From Verrucomicrobiota bacterium (lineage in GTDB: Bacteria; Verrucomicrobiota; Verrucomicrobiia; Limisphaerales; AAA164-E04): a stretch of DNA of 64,000 bases. The notes beneath the pieces were generated by a model. That model was not told where the DNA came from. It was given only the letters and a program-made list of their open reading frames with translations, and did not search any database. Where the stretch lies: positions 1,056,001 to 1,120,000 of the forward strand of contig CP170459.1 in the NCBI GenBank assembly GCA_047947115.1, given 5' to 3'. This document shows, one piece after another, positions 1 through 9,514 of this stretch. The position numbers and the translations under genes are program-made. Every line of letters begins with the position of its first letter. The stretch's first letter is position 1.

Positions 1-1
1 T

Positions 2-1873
2 GAAGATACCGTGGTGCTGGATGTCATCGCATCCATTCTCACCGAAGAGCCATCCGGACGTCTCTACAAATCCCTGGTCGAAACCGGACACGCCAGCTTC
101 GTGTCACCGCTTTTCTTCCCGACACGCGAACCGGGCGCTTTCATCGTATTGACAGAAGTTCAGCAGGAAAAAGATCCTGAGCAGGTATTGGAGATCATGC
201 ACAATGACATCGAGTCCTTCTTCGAGAGCGACATCACCGAAGCAGAAGTCAACCGCGCCAAAACCAGTCTTCTCAAACAAATTGAACTCGCTTTCAAAAA
301 CAGCAATCAAATCGGCATCAGCCTCACTGAATCCGCCGCCGTGGGTGACTGGCGCCTGTTCTTCCTGTCCCGCGATCAGCTGGAACAAGTGACTGTTGAA
401 GACGTCCAACGCGTGGCAGCCCACTACTTCAAGCGTTCCAACCGCACAACCGGACTTTTCTATCCCACCAAAGAAACGGATCGAGCCATCATACCCGAAA
501 CACCCAAGGTGGCGGAACTGGTCAAAGGTTACAAAGGCCGCGCAGCCATCGCCGAAGGGGAAGACTTCGAGGCCACACCCGACAACATCGAAAACCGCGT
601 CCGTCGTGAAACTTTGACCCAGGGCATCAAACTCGCACTCCTCTCAAAGGAAACCCGGGGCGACAGCGTTACCGGCACGCTTAACTTTTACATGGGTACC
701 CCGGACACATTGAACGACCCGGCATCCCTGATCGTAGCAGACACGGTCCCCGACCTGATCATGCGTGGTTCCCAAAGTTATTCCTTCCAGGACATCAAAG
801 ACAGATTGGACGCGCTCAAGGCCAATGTCTCCATGAGCGCCGGGGAACACGGCAGTTCGTTGTCGGTTCGTTTCCAGACCGATCATGATCACCTGGTGGA
901 ACTGATCCGTTTCATCGGCGAAATTCTCCGCACCCCTCTTTTCCCGGAAGAAGAATTCAACGTGCTCAAGCAACAAGAACTCACCTCCTTGCAAGGCATG
1001 TTGTCGGATCCTCAATCCCTGATCTACCGACGACTCCGTCAGCGACTCAATCCCTATCCGGAAACCTCCATCCACCATGTGCCGGATACGGAAGCACTGA
1101 TAGAGCGTGTCGAAGCCCTGACATTGGAGGATGTGAAAGCGTTTTATAAACGCAACTACGGGACCGGCCACGCCCATTTCAGCATTGTAGGCGACATGGA
1201 TGAAGCAGCCGTGATCAAAGTGCTCAAATCGGCCTTCGCCCATTGGAATCCAAACTCCCCCTTTGAGCGCATCACAAAAGCGCGCCTGCCTTTGACGCTC
1301 ACCGATGAAGTCATTGACACACCGGACAAGAAAATGGCTGTGGTTGCGGCAGGTGCCAGTTTGGCAATGGATGACACCGATGAACGTTATCCGGCCTTGT
1401 TGTTGGCGAATTACGTGCTGGGTGGATTTGCAGAGTCCCGACTGTTCAACCGGCTCCGCCAACAAGAAGGTCTTTCTTACGGTGCCTACTCCGGATTCAG
1501 CGCACGTCCCCTCGACAAAATTGCGGCGCTATCCGTCATGGCCATCTGTGCTCCCGAAAATGCGGAGAAAGCTCAAGCGGTCATGCACGAAGAGATCGAC
1601 CGGTGGCTGACAGAGCCCATCCCCGATGAAGAACTCGCCGCCGCCAAACAAAGTTGGGAAACCTCTCAAAAGAACAGCCTTGCCAGTGACCCGGTCGTCG
1701 CCGGCGAACTCGCCAACGGCCTCTACCTGGGCCGAACCATGCTCTTCGATAAACACATCAACGACCGCATGCAGATCCTCAGCTCCGATGACATTCTGAA
1801 AGCCCTGCAATCGGCCTTCAAAAAAGACGGCTTCGTCCGAATCAAAGCCGGTGACCTGAGTAACAAAGAATAG
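2..1873 (+). CDS. M16 (pitrilysin/PqqL-like) zinc protease, 5'-truncated by window edge
   Basis: Frame is open from the window start. M16 C-terminal repeats: SGRLYKSLVE, SRLFNRLRQQEGLSYGAYS. Confidence 0.9.
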   Translation, partial: EDTVVLDVIASILTEEPSGRLYKSLVETGHASFVSPLFFPTREPGAFIVLTEVQQEKDPEQVLEIMHNDIESFFESDITEAEVNRAKTSLLKQIELAFKNSNQIGISLTESAAVGDWRLFFLSRDQLEQVTVEDVQRVAAHYFKRSNRTTGLFYPTKETDRAIIPETPKVAELVKGYKGRAAIAEGEDFEATPDNIENRVRRETLTQGIKLALLSKETRGDSVTGTLNFYMGTPDTLNDPASLIVADTVPDLIMRGSQSYSFQDIKDRLDALKANVSMSAGEHGSSLSVRFQTDHDHLVELIRFIGEILRTPLFPEEEFNVLKQQELTSLQGMLSDPQSLIYRRLRQRLNPYPETSIHHVPDTEALIERVEALTLEDVKAFYKRNYGTGHAHFSIVGDMDEAAVIKVLKSAFAHWNPNSPFERITKARLPLTLTDEVIDTPDKKMAVVAAGASLAMDDTDERYPALLLANYVLGGFAESRLFNRLRQQEGLSYGAYSGFSARPLDKIAALSVMAICAPENAEKAQAVMHEEIDRWLTEPIPDEELAAAKQSWETSQKNSLASDPVVAGELANGLYLGRTMLFDKHINDRMQILSSDDILKALQSAFKKDGFVRIKAGDLSNKE

Positions 1874-2027
1874 ATTATCGCAGAAGAGGTAGATCGTATC
1901 GTCCCGATGCGCCCCCTTATGGCATCCAAACCCATACACGCCATTCAAAGGGGAGCCATCGGCATACAATAATCCAAAACCCCGCGCCTCAAGTTCCGAT
2001 TCATCGGATCGGTCGTGAAAATGAAAC

Positions 2028-3014
2028 TCACTGTTTGAGCTCGAACATCTCCGTCTCACCAAACCGGTTCCATTCCACATCAATGGCCGGAGGCGACAAC
2101 AATTCGGAGTGTACGTAAAGCCCATACCGTAATCGAAGGCCCTCACCCTCGTTCAAAACACGATCGCCATCAAACGTCAAACAAGCCCCCATCCAGCCGT
2201 CATTGCGCACATGGAACACAGTGGGATGATTCGGGTTGTCGGGATGATCCATCAAGGTGATCCCTTCCACCACACCGTCGGCAATCTGTCCCGAATAGTC
2301 CACCCAACGCGCCGGCTTCCAAAACACTTCTTTTTCATCGATCAATCCATCCGCGTTCATGATCCGACCGCCACCGTCATGCACACCGATGCTTTTCGCC
2401 ATGCGCACACCGATCAGGCCAAACGGCGTTTTGCCCAGGACAACCTTTGACTGTGCTGCCACCAATTGAACATCGATGATCATCATGTATTGGCCAGCTT
2501 CGCGTGGTTCGACAGAAATGCGTCGGGATTCCTTCAACAAGGTCTTACCATCGGAATCCTTCCACAAACTTGAACACACCACCGCCGCATGCGAATCGGC
2601 ATCCTCCAAAATTTCGATACGTTGGTGCTGGATAGTTCCCTTACCGGTCCCATGATCTCCCCAGAAATCAACGCCGTTGACCTGATGATGCGAGATCCAG
2701 ACACTGTTATGATGGCTGTGTGTCACCGGATCATGCGGATGCCCCATGCGTGTGAGTGAACGCCCCGATGGACCATTCACCGGGTAGACAAACGGTCTGC
2801 GTAGATCGCTCCCAAAGTGAAACCGAATACGTTCCTGCCCCTCTTGTTGAATCGACACCTGGTCATGAGGCAAAGGAAGAGCCTGCATGGAAGGAACCGG
2901 GTTTGGGCGAAAGCCCTCTGGCAGTTCCTGAGCAATAGTAACAAAGCCCATCACAAGGCCCAAAAGCAAACAACTGCAATGAACCCCACGAAAATAAGAC
3001 AAATGGATCAACAT
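2028..3014 (-). CDS. Secreted PmoA-like/DUF6807 family protein
   Basis: Signal peptide; RPFVYPVNGPSG..HPHDPVTHSHHNSVW motif; ends LRLRYGLYVH. Confidence 0.7.
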   Translation of the reverse strand: MLIHLSYFRGVHCSCLLLGLVMGFVTIAQELPEGFRPNPVPSMQALPLPHDQVSIQQEGQERIRFHFGSDLRRPFVYPVNGPSGRSLTRMGHPHDPVTHSHHNSVWISHHQVNGVDFWGDHGTGKGTIQHQRIEILEDADSHAAVVCSSLWKDSDGKTLLKESRRISVEPREAGQYMMIIDVQLVAAQSKVVLGKTPFGLIGVRMAKSIGVHDGGGRIMNADGLIDEKEVFWKPARWVDYSGQIADGVVEGITLMDHPDNPNHPTVFHVRNDGWMGACLTFDGDRVLNEGEGLRLRYGLYVHSELLSPPAIDVEWNRFGETEMFELKQ

Positions 3015-3070
3015 AATGGCAATCTAACGACCAACCATCATTCAAACAATACCTTAGAAACAATGACACC

Positions 3071-3245
3071 GGAGGGACGAGTTCCACCTCGATCCCATAC
3101 TTCTTCCTCACCAATGCACCTGACCAATTGACGTGGAATGCGGGTAGTCATTGGTTTCCGTCTGTCTACAGCCTTTCCATTGCAGCCTGATCGCTATTCG
3201 GTCGATTCCAGGTTTGAAGTGGGTCAAGGCGGAGCTTGCCCCTCC
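3071..3245. repeat. MITE/REPIN-like element, copy 1
   Basis: Ends GGAGGGACGAGTTCC and GGAGCTTGCCCCTCC are inverted. The interior aligns with 49996-50181. Confidence 0.8.
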
Positions 3246-3326
3246 CGATAGGGTTTGCTATTTTGCAAATTTAATACTTTACAAGGCCTATAAACCATTT
3301 TATTTAACTTTTTAGTTAATTTATGG

Positions 3327-4628
3327 ATGCTTATGTCTTGTTTTTCAAAAGTTTTTTTGCAAATTGCACCGGAAGTTTCGGGTTCCGACCTGGCTGAGCT
3401 TCTAGGCAAATCGAAACCTTACATCGCACAGATCCGTACCGGAAAACGTATTCCTACCGATGAAGACGTCATTCTGTTGAGCCATCGCTTTGCTCCCAAC
3501 CGGCTTGAGGAATTGCTTCTAAGCGCTTATCTGGACCGTTTGACCGGCAAATCGTTCGATGATGCATCCTTGAAATCCAAGGGAGAGGCCACACTGAAAA
3601 AGCTGCTCACTCAGTTCCGTCCTGATAAGAAATTACCAGGCAAAAGAACACTGCGCGATTTTCCCGAACAATTCTCCCCCCTGGCGATCATCACCGGAGA
3701 CAAACGCGAAGTGCGGGGCCGACACATCGGCGCAGGAGATTTCGGCGTCCACATGACCACCACTGCAGACAGCAGATGGATCATGAGCCTCGGCCTGGAC
3801 AAAGATACGGTTCACTATATCGACAAGGATTTCGTCCTGTTGAGTGAGGAAGAACTTATCCATAGATTCTCGCATAGAAACCTCCTTGTCATCGGCAGCC
3901 CTGCAGTGAACCACCTCGCCAGACGCATAAACCGATCTTCGATTTTTCGATTTAATATCAACAGCGATGTGGATGAAGGTTTGGAGGAAATCATCCAACA
4001 GGCCAAGGAAAAATCGAAATCAAAAGATGAACTGGCCTTGTTTTATCAGGACTCGTCCGAAGACCTCACCAAACTGATGCGCTATCTGTTTGTCGGGGGA
4101 CTTTTTGACCCAACTTACCCTAAAGGCGACTACGTGACATCAACCTATCACAAAATGCCGGGCAACACGGACCTGGACTTCGGCGTTCTCTCATTCGCTT
4201 CCAATCCATTTTATGCCGCGAAATGTGCCGCCGAAGGTCGTCCCAACGATCATCAATTCGTGTCCATTTTTGCAGCAGGCATTCATCACCCGGCGACGGC
4301 TCACGCAATTCGCCAGCTGGGCAGTTATGGCAAAGAGAACGGGGTATTTGATCAGCACCCGTACGGAGGTGTCTTTCGTGTGGAACTGGATCTTGAACAG
4401 ACCTTTTTTTCGGACCGGGTGCGGGACGGGGTGTTCCAATGGGAAGACGACGCAGACGACCAACGCACGCCCATTGAAGACCAGGGGCAATGTTTGCTGT
4501 CCGAACTGGAATACATCGAAAACGAACGTCGATTGGAAAACCTCAACACTCTTCAACTCAAACCAGAGCACGCACTTGAAGCGCGACGGTTGGTGCAGTC
4601 CTTGATCAAAGCAGGAGGGACCCAATGA
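3327..4628 (+). CDS. XRE-type HTH protein with large uncharacterised C-terminal domain
   Basis: N-terminal SDLAELLGKSKPYIAQIRTGKRIP helix-turn-helix; C-domain motifs NLLVIGSPAVN and AGIHHPATA. Start could be 3333. Confidence 0.7.
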   Translation: MLMSCFSKVFLQIAPEVSGSDLAELLGKSKPYIAQIRTGKRIPTDEDVILLSHRFAPNRLEELLLSAYLDRLTGKSFDDASLKSKGEATLKKLLTQFRPDKKLPGKRTLRDFPEQFSPLAIITGDKREVRGRHIGAGDFGVHMTTTADSRWIMSLGLDKDTVHYIDKDFVLLSEEELIHRFSHRNLLVIGSPAVNHLARRINRSSIFRFNINSDVDEGLEEIIQQAKEKSKSKDELALFYQDSSEDLTKLMRYLFVGGLFDPTYPKGDYVTSTYHKMPGNTDLDFGVLSFASNPFYAAKCAAEGRPNDHQFVSIFAAGIHHPATAHAIRQLGSYGKENGVFDQHPYGGVFRVELDLEQTFFSDRVRDGVFQWEDDADDQRTPIEDQGQCLLSELEYIENERRLENLNTLQLKPEHALEARRLVQSLIKAGGTQ

Positions 4629-5656
4629 GAAAACGCCACATCAAGACATTTGCTTACCCCCGTGTGGGATTGGTTGGAAACCCGAGTGACGGATACTTTG
4701 GCCGAACCATTGCGTTCACTTTTAAAAATTTTAAAGCCGAGATCCTTTTGGGTGAGGACTCCACCCGCATCAGTTTCGTCAATCGTGAATCCGAGTTCGA
4801 TTCGGTGGAACACCTTTGCGACAATATCCAAATGCATGGCTATTACGGTGGCATTCGACTGCTCAAAGCGACCATCAAGCGGTTCCGGGATCATTGTTGC
4901 GATGAAGGATTGAAGGTGGATTTGGAGAAAAAGTTCAAGATCACCTACACCTCCAACATTCCCCAACAGGTAGGACTTGCCGGCTCCAGTGCCATCATCA
5001 CGGCCACCTTTCGGGCTCTGATGGAGTTTTATGAGGTGCAGATTGACAACACGATTCTGCCGAACTTAATCCGCGAGGTGGAAACACGTGAGTTGAAAAT
5101 TCCCGCCGGACTGCAGGATCGGGTCGTTCAAGTCTACAACGATCTGGTCTTCATGGATTTCAATCAGGAAAAAATGGACCGGGATGGATATGGTTTTTAT
5201 GAGCCCATTCAGGTCAAGACCATGCCCCGATTTTACATCGCTTACCGAGCTGATTTGTCGGAAGGCACGGAGGTTTCCCACAACAGGCTGCGTTACAAAT
5301 ACGATGAAGGCGACAAAGATGCTCACGACGCCATGAAGTTTTGGGCGGAGTTGACACTGACCGCGAAAAAGGCTTTGGAAGAAGACGATCAGGACACACT
5401 GTTCCAGTGTATCAATGCAAACTTCGACAAACGCAAAGAGCTCTACGAAAAACTCAAAGTCCACATGAAAGCGGAGCATCTTGAGATGGTTCAATGCGCC
5501 CGAGAAATGGGAGCCAGTGCCAAATTCGCAGGATCTGGCGGAGCCATTGTGGGCACCTATCGGAAGGAATCAGACTATCCGAAATTGAAAAAATACCTGG
5601 GCAGCAAAGGCATTCAGGTCATCAAACCCCGGTTCATCGAAGAAGAATTGTTATGA
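4625..5656 (+). CDS. GHMP kinase, glucuronokinase-like
   Basis: RVGLVGNPSDGYFGRTI, GYYGGIRLL, IPQQVGLAGSSA, AGLQDRVVQVY and KFAGSGGA match plant glucuronokinase motifs as recalled. Confidence 0.85.
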   Translation: MRKRHIKTFAYPRVGLVGNPSDGYFGRTIAFTFKNFKAEILLGEDSTRISFVNRESEFDSVEHLCDNIQMHGYYGGIRLLKATIKRFRDHCCDEGLKVDLEKKFKITYTSNIPQQVGLAGSSAIITATFRALMEFYEVQIDNTILPNLIREVETRELKIPAGLQDRVVQVYNDLVFMDFNQEKMDRDGYGFYEPIQVKTMPRFYIAYRADLSEGTEVSHNRLRYKYDEGDKDAHDAMKFWAELTLTAKKALEEDDQDTLFQCINANFDKRKELYEKLKVHMKAEHLEMVQCAREMGASAKFAGSGGAIVGTYRKESDYPKLKKYLGSKGIQVIKPRFIEEELL

Positions 5657-6534
5657 TCAAGAAAGCTGTCATTCCGGCCGCAGGATACGGTACGCGATTT
5701 TTACCCGCTTCCAAGTCGGTTCCCAAAGAAATGATCCCGGTGGTGGACAAGCCTACCATTCAATATGTCGTGGAGGAAGCCGTCGAAGCAGGTATCGAAG
5801 AAATCCTGATCGTTGTCAGCAATGGCAAAGACGCCATCAAACAGCACTTTTCCCCCAATGTTGAATTGGAAGCTCTCTTGGAAAAGAAGGGCAAAACGAA
5901 GGAATTGGAAGCCATGCAATCACTTTCCAAACTGGCAAAAATTCAATACGTCCACCAGTTGGAAATGAGGGGACTGGGCGATGCCGTGCGGTATGCGAAG
6001 GATTTTGCGGGCAAGGATCCGGTTGCTGTTTTGCTGGGTGACACCATTTTACGGTCTCACCGAGAGCAATCGGTCTTGAGATCAATGGTGGACATTTACG
6101 ACCAACATGGAGGATCGGTCATTGCCTTGAGAGAAATGCCAAGGTCCGTGATCAGCCGATATGGCGTCGTGGCATGTGAGCCAACAACGGAGGAAGGAGT
6201 GGTGCGCATCACTGGGTTGGTGGAAAAACCGGCTCCGGAAAAGGTCCCCAGCCTGCTGGCAGTCTCGGCTCGTTACATCATCACTCCCCGCATTTTCAAG
6301 TTCCTGGAGAATACTCAACCGGGATTTGGCGGAGAAATACAAATCACCGATGCTCTCAATGCCGTCGCTCAACTGGAACCCATGTCCGGATTTCAATACG
6401 ATGGCATCCGACTTGATATCGGAAATAAACTGGAGTTTATCAAAAGCAATCTGTTGCTCGGCCTCGAACGCCCCGACATGAAGGATGACCTCATGCAGTT
6501 TATCGTCGGATTAAATAAATCCGGCACTTGCTGA
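5653..6534 (+). CDS. galU: UTP--glucose-1-phosphate uridylyltransferase
   Basis: KAVIPAAGYGTRFLPASKSVPKEM, GLGDAV, VEKP, GGEIQITDA. ATGA overlap with the kinase sets the start at 5653. Confidence 0.9.
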   Translation: MIKKAVIPAAGYGTRFLPASKSVPKEMIPVVDKPTIQYVVEEAVEAGIEEILIVVSNGKDAIKQHFSPNVELEALLEKKGKTKELEAMQSLSKLAKIQYVHQLEMRGLGDAVRYAKDFAGKDPVAVLLGDTILRSHREQSVLRSMVDIYDQHGGSVIALREMPRSVISRYGVVACEPTTEEGVVRITGLVEKPAPEKVPSLLAVSARYIITPRIFKFLENTQPGFGGEIQITDALNAVAQLEPMSGFQYDGIRLDIGNKLEFIKSNLLLGLERPDMKDDLMQFIVGLNKSGTC

Positions 6535-6715
6535 TTTTGTGATAGTTAAAAATATCCATAGTCTATTTATTTGAAATATATACAAATTATAATATTTATA
6601 GAATATATTTTTATGCAAAAAATATCATAATCGTGCTCCAACCAATTGATTTCATTTACCTTCCACATAATGATCACAAGCACTTGAAACGCTGAAAATC
6701 TATCTTAAAATCGAA

Positions 6716-6744
6716 TTGACAACACGCACAAGACATTAAACAAT
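6716..6744 (+). promoter_or_regulatory. Candidate sigma70 promoter
   Basis: TTGACA-N17-AACAAT downstream of a very AT-rich tract and upstream of the small ORF. Confidence 0.4.
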
Positions 6745-6793
6745 GCCTTTATTCGTGCGTGTCACTTTCAGGAAAGTTCGAAGAATACATTTT

Positions 6794-6952
6794 ATGGACA
6801 GCAATCGCCATCAACAGCAAAAGAGACTCGCGAATTACAGTAAACCCTGTCTACAGTGTATTGGTAATTTGGGAGATTTAACGTCCGGAGGCAGCGGTAA
6901 AAAAAGAGAAACCGTCAAAAGCACGTCGAAGAAAAAGAGGCAAAGAACCTGA
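6794..6952 (+). CDS. Lasso-peptide precursor-like small protein (52 aa)
   Basis: Leader YSKPCLQCIGNLGDLT fits YxxPxL..G..T; predicted core GGSGKKRE with Gly1 and Glu8. Confidence 0.65.
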   Translation: MDSNRHQQQKRLANYSKPCLQCIGNLGDLTSGGSGKKRETVKSTSKKKRQRT

Positions 6953-7008
6953 TCACCACTTGTTTGCTGCTCCATCGACCGGCTTCCGATCCCGGATCCC
7001 GATCGGAC

Positions 7009-7257
7009 TTAAGTTTTTCTTGCTCTCCACCCCAACAAAACGACCGGAGTGATCGTCACCCCCGCCAACCACGCCCAAAGCGGCAAAAGACTGGGAGGAT
7101 CAGAGTACATGGCTGCCCATAAAGCCAACCCAACCGCAACGACCGAGGAAATCACCAATAATAATCCCACGAAGCTGGATCGACGCAAAATGGCGATCCA
7201 TCCGCTTAAAACCATCATCCCGCTTAGGATGAACATGATTTTAAATGCGATTTGCAT
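7009..7257 (-). CDS. Small membrane protein
   Basis: 82 aa with three hydrophobic segments. Confidence 0.55.
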   Translation of the reverse strand: MQIAFKIMFILSGMMVLSGWIAILRRSSFVGLLLVISSVVAVGLALWAAMYSDPPSLLPLWAWLAGVTITPVVLLGWRARKT

Positions 7258-7354
7258 CTAGGGGAAACCTATCCTCCTACCGGGATCATTTCATGCTTTC
7301 AAATTCGGATAATGTCCAAAAGGTCCTACCTTGGAATATGCAGATGAAATTTAG

Positions 7355-8599
7355 TTAGTGAACCGGTGTCCATAGGATCTGTTCCAATAATTCTCTGGCT
7401 TTGACTAGGCACAACGGATCTCCGTCCCTTGCCAGTTTTTCGACTACTTTCAATTGAAGAGCCGTTGCCCGTACTTTACACCTCTGTAAATACGACAATG
7501 CAGAGAAGGCCACTTCCTGACTGCAGGATGATATCAATTCAAACAAGGTGTTTTGGATTTCTGAAGAGATTTCCTGATCGTAGGATAAAAACTGAACAGC
7601 CAACATCTGTATGCTTGGTGACGAATCCCCAGCCGCCATAAAAAAATAGGAAGAACCATCCTTCCAATTTTCATTGCCCTTTCTTGAACGCAACAAACCG
7701 AGATAAGCACTCTCACGAGTGATGTCATCCTCAACTTTCAGAAACTTAATGATCGTGGACTGGAATTGTTGAGTATTGATCACGGTCCCACGCATAAAGC
7801 GCAGAGCAATCTCAGAAAGATCGGGATGTTCCTTTTCAAACAACATGAAAAAAAAGGAATCAGAAAGTCCAAACATCAGAAATGAAAGTAATTCAGACTC
7901 CGGACTCACAGCTCCGGCAACCATGGGGGATGAGGAGGACAAAAGTGAATAGACAGGGATGGTCTTTAACGATTTGATCAGATCCAAATCCGATTCTATC
8001 AGCTTTTCCAGAAAAAAGCCGAACCGAGGCTCCTGCCAATGAAGGCCTGCCAAGACGAGAAAAGCTTGCCGGCGAATGCTCATACTGTTCCCATTATCCA
8101 GAATCGTCTGGGAAATGGATTCCCATGTCTGCTGATTGGAGATTTTCAGATGGAACAGAGATCGAAGAGCTGTATGCCGCATCCGTTGATCGGAATCGCC
8201 CAATTTCTCAAGCACCAGCGGAAAAGCTTTCTCCCCATGACCCGCCAATGAAGAACATGCAGCCAATCGAATCTGATCCGCCGGAGGAGAGGGAGCCCAG
8301 TGGGGAACCCTGGACTGAATTCCAACCGGCAATTTTGCCCAAATGCCCCGCCAGGTACTTATCAATATCGCATCACGTTGGTTGATCCGAACCGCAAGCT
8401 CCTCAAATGTGGGTTTTTCCTTGTTTCGGGGAATACTCAACCTCTTAAGATACCCATCCCCCAAGAACAGCAAAGAAACAAGCACAACCACCAAGTAAAT
8501 CCACTTGCGCTTGATCAATCCTTTTTGCCACGCAGGCATATGGTGATTTTGTGGGACCATGTGTTCACTTCTTTTATTGCATGATGTTCTCGAAATCAA
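7355..8599 (-). CDS. HEAT-repeat protein with N-terminal TM anchor
   Basis: TM segment, then HEAT-like units (LGDSDQRMRHTALRSL, GDSSPSIQMLAVQFL). Start uncertain. Confidence 0.65.
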   Translation of the reverse strand: MISRTSCNKRSEHMVPQNHHMPAWQKGLIKRKWIYLVVVLVSLLFLGDGYLKRLSIPRNKEKPTFEELAVRINQRDAILISTWRGIWAKLPVGIQSRVPHWAPSPPADQIRLAACSSLAGHGEKAFPLVLEKLGDSDQRMRHTALRSLFHLKISNQQTWESISQTILDNGNSMSIRRQAFLVLAGLHWQEPRFGFFLEKLIESDLDLIKSLKTIPVYSLLSSSSPMVAGAVSPESELLSFLMFGLSDSFFFMLFEKEHPDLSEIALRFMRGTVINTQQFQSTIIKFLKVEDDITRESAYLGLLRSRKGNENWKDGSSYFFMAAGDSSPSIQMLAVQFLSYDQEISSEIQNTLFELISSCSQEVAFSALSYLQRCKVRATALQLKVVEKLARDGDPLCLVKARELLEQILWTPVH

Positions 8600-8672
8600 T
8601 CAGTTAGAACACGGGACACTATGTCGTGTTCAAATTTCCTGACTCGACACGAGGCGTGCTTCGTGGCAACTA

Positions 8673-9503
8673 GTGGGGATGGACAAGCGACAAAGGCTGG
8701 AATCGATATTAAAGGATCTGGGATCCTGCCTGGTGGCTTATTCAGGCGGGGTGGATTCGGCGTTACTGGCACTGGTTGCCTGTCGGACCTTGGGTGATCG
8801 TGCAGTTGCGGTCATGGCGGATTCCCCCAGCCTTCCGAGAAGCGAGCTGAAAGAAGCGATTGAGTTGTCCGAACAGTTCGATTTCCCACTGGAAATCATC
8901 CGGACAAAGGAATTTGAAAACGAAGATTACCTCACCAATCCCACCAACCGTTGTTATTTCTGCAAACATGCCTTGTTTGAAGAAATGGAAATCTATGCCA
9001 AAGAACGTGGAGTTGCGGCCATCATTTACGGTGAAAATGCCGATGACATTGGAGATTTTCGCCCCGGCGCCAAAGCAGCTCAAGAATTTCAGGTTCGAGC
9101 CCCACTCAAAGAAGCAGGCTTGACCAAATCCGAAATCAGGGCTTTTTCGGAAGAATTGGGTCTCCCCACCGCTTCCAAACCGCAAATGGCCTGCCTGAGT
9201 TCCCGGATTCCCTACGGTGAAAAAGTCTCGGTGAAAAAATTAAGTCAGATCGAACAGGCAGAAGCCATTCTGCGTCGACATGGATTTTTTGACCTCCGCG
9301 TCCGTCACCACGAACTCTCCACAGGCTCATTGGCGCGTATCGAAGTCGGCAAGGAAGAAGTGGAACGCCTGATGGATGCCACACTGCGGGAAACACTCAC
9401 CCAATCCATCAAAGAACTGGGTTACCTATTCGTCACGCTGGACCTGACCGGATATCAAAGAGGCAGTCTGAATGTGATCAAGGAGACAAGCGAAAAACTG
9501 TAG
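8673..9503 (+). CDS. larE: ATP-dependent sulfur transferase, LarE family
   Basis: PP-loop SGGVDS, RCYFCK, DFRPG, ACLSSRIPYG. Confidence 0.88.
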   Translation: MGMDKRQRLESILKDLGSCLVAYSGGVDSALLALVACRTLGDRAVAVMADSPSLPRSELKEAIELSEQFDFPLEIIRTKEFENEDYLTNPTNRCYFCKHALFEEMEIYAKERGVAAIIYGENADDIGDFRPGAKAAQEFQVRAPLKEAGLTKSEIRAFSEELGLPTASKPQMACLSSRIPYGEKVSVKKLSQIEQAEAILRRHGFFDLRVRHHELSTGSLARIEVGKEEVERLMDATLRETLTQSIKELGYLFVTLDLTGYQRGSLNVIKETSEKL

Positions 9504-9514
9504 CAGCAAAAAGC

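Noticed and set aside
2028..3014. Methane monooxygenase
   Set aside because: The PmoA-like label is nominal. The protein is soluble and secreted, and pmoB/pmoC are absent.
5494..5652. N-terminal extensions in the ORF track (galU; also 22817-23407 and 35447-35851)
   Set aside because: They overlap real genes in another frame; the true starts are downstream.
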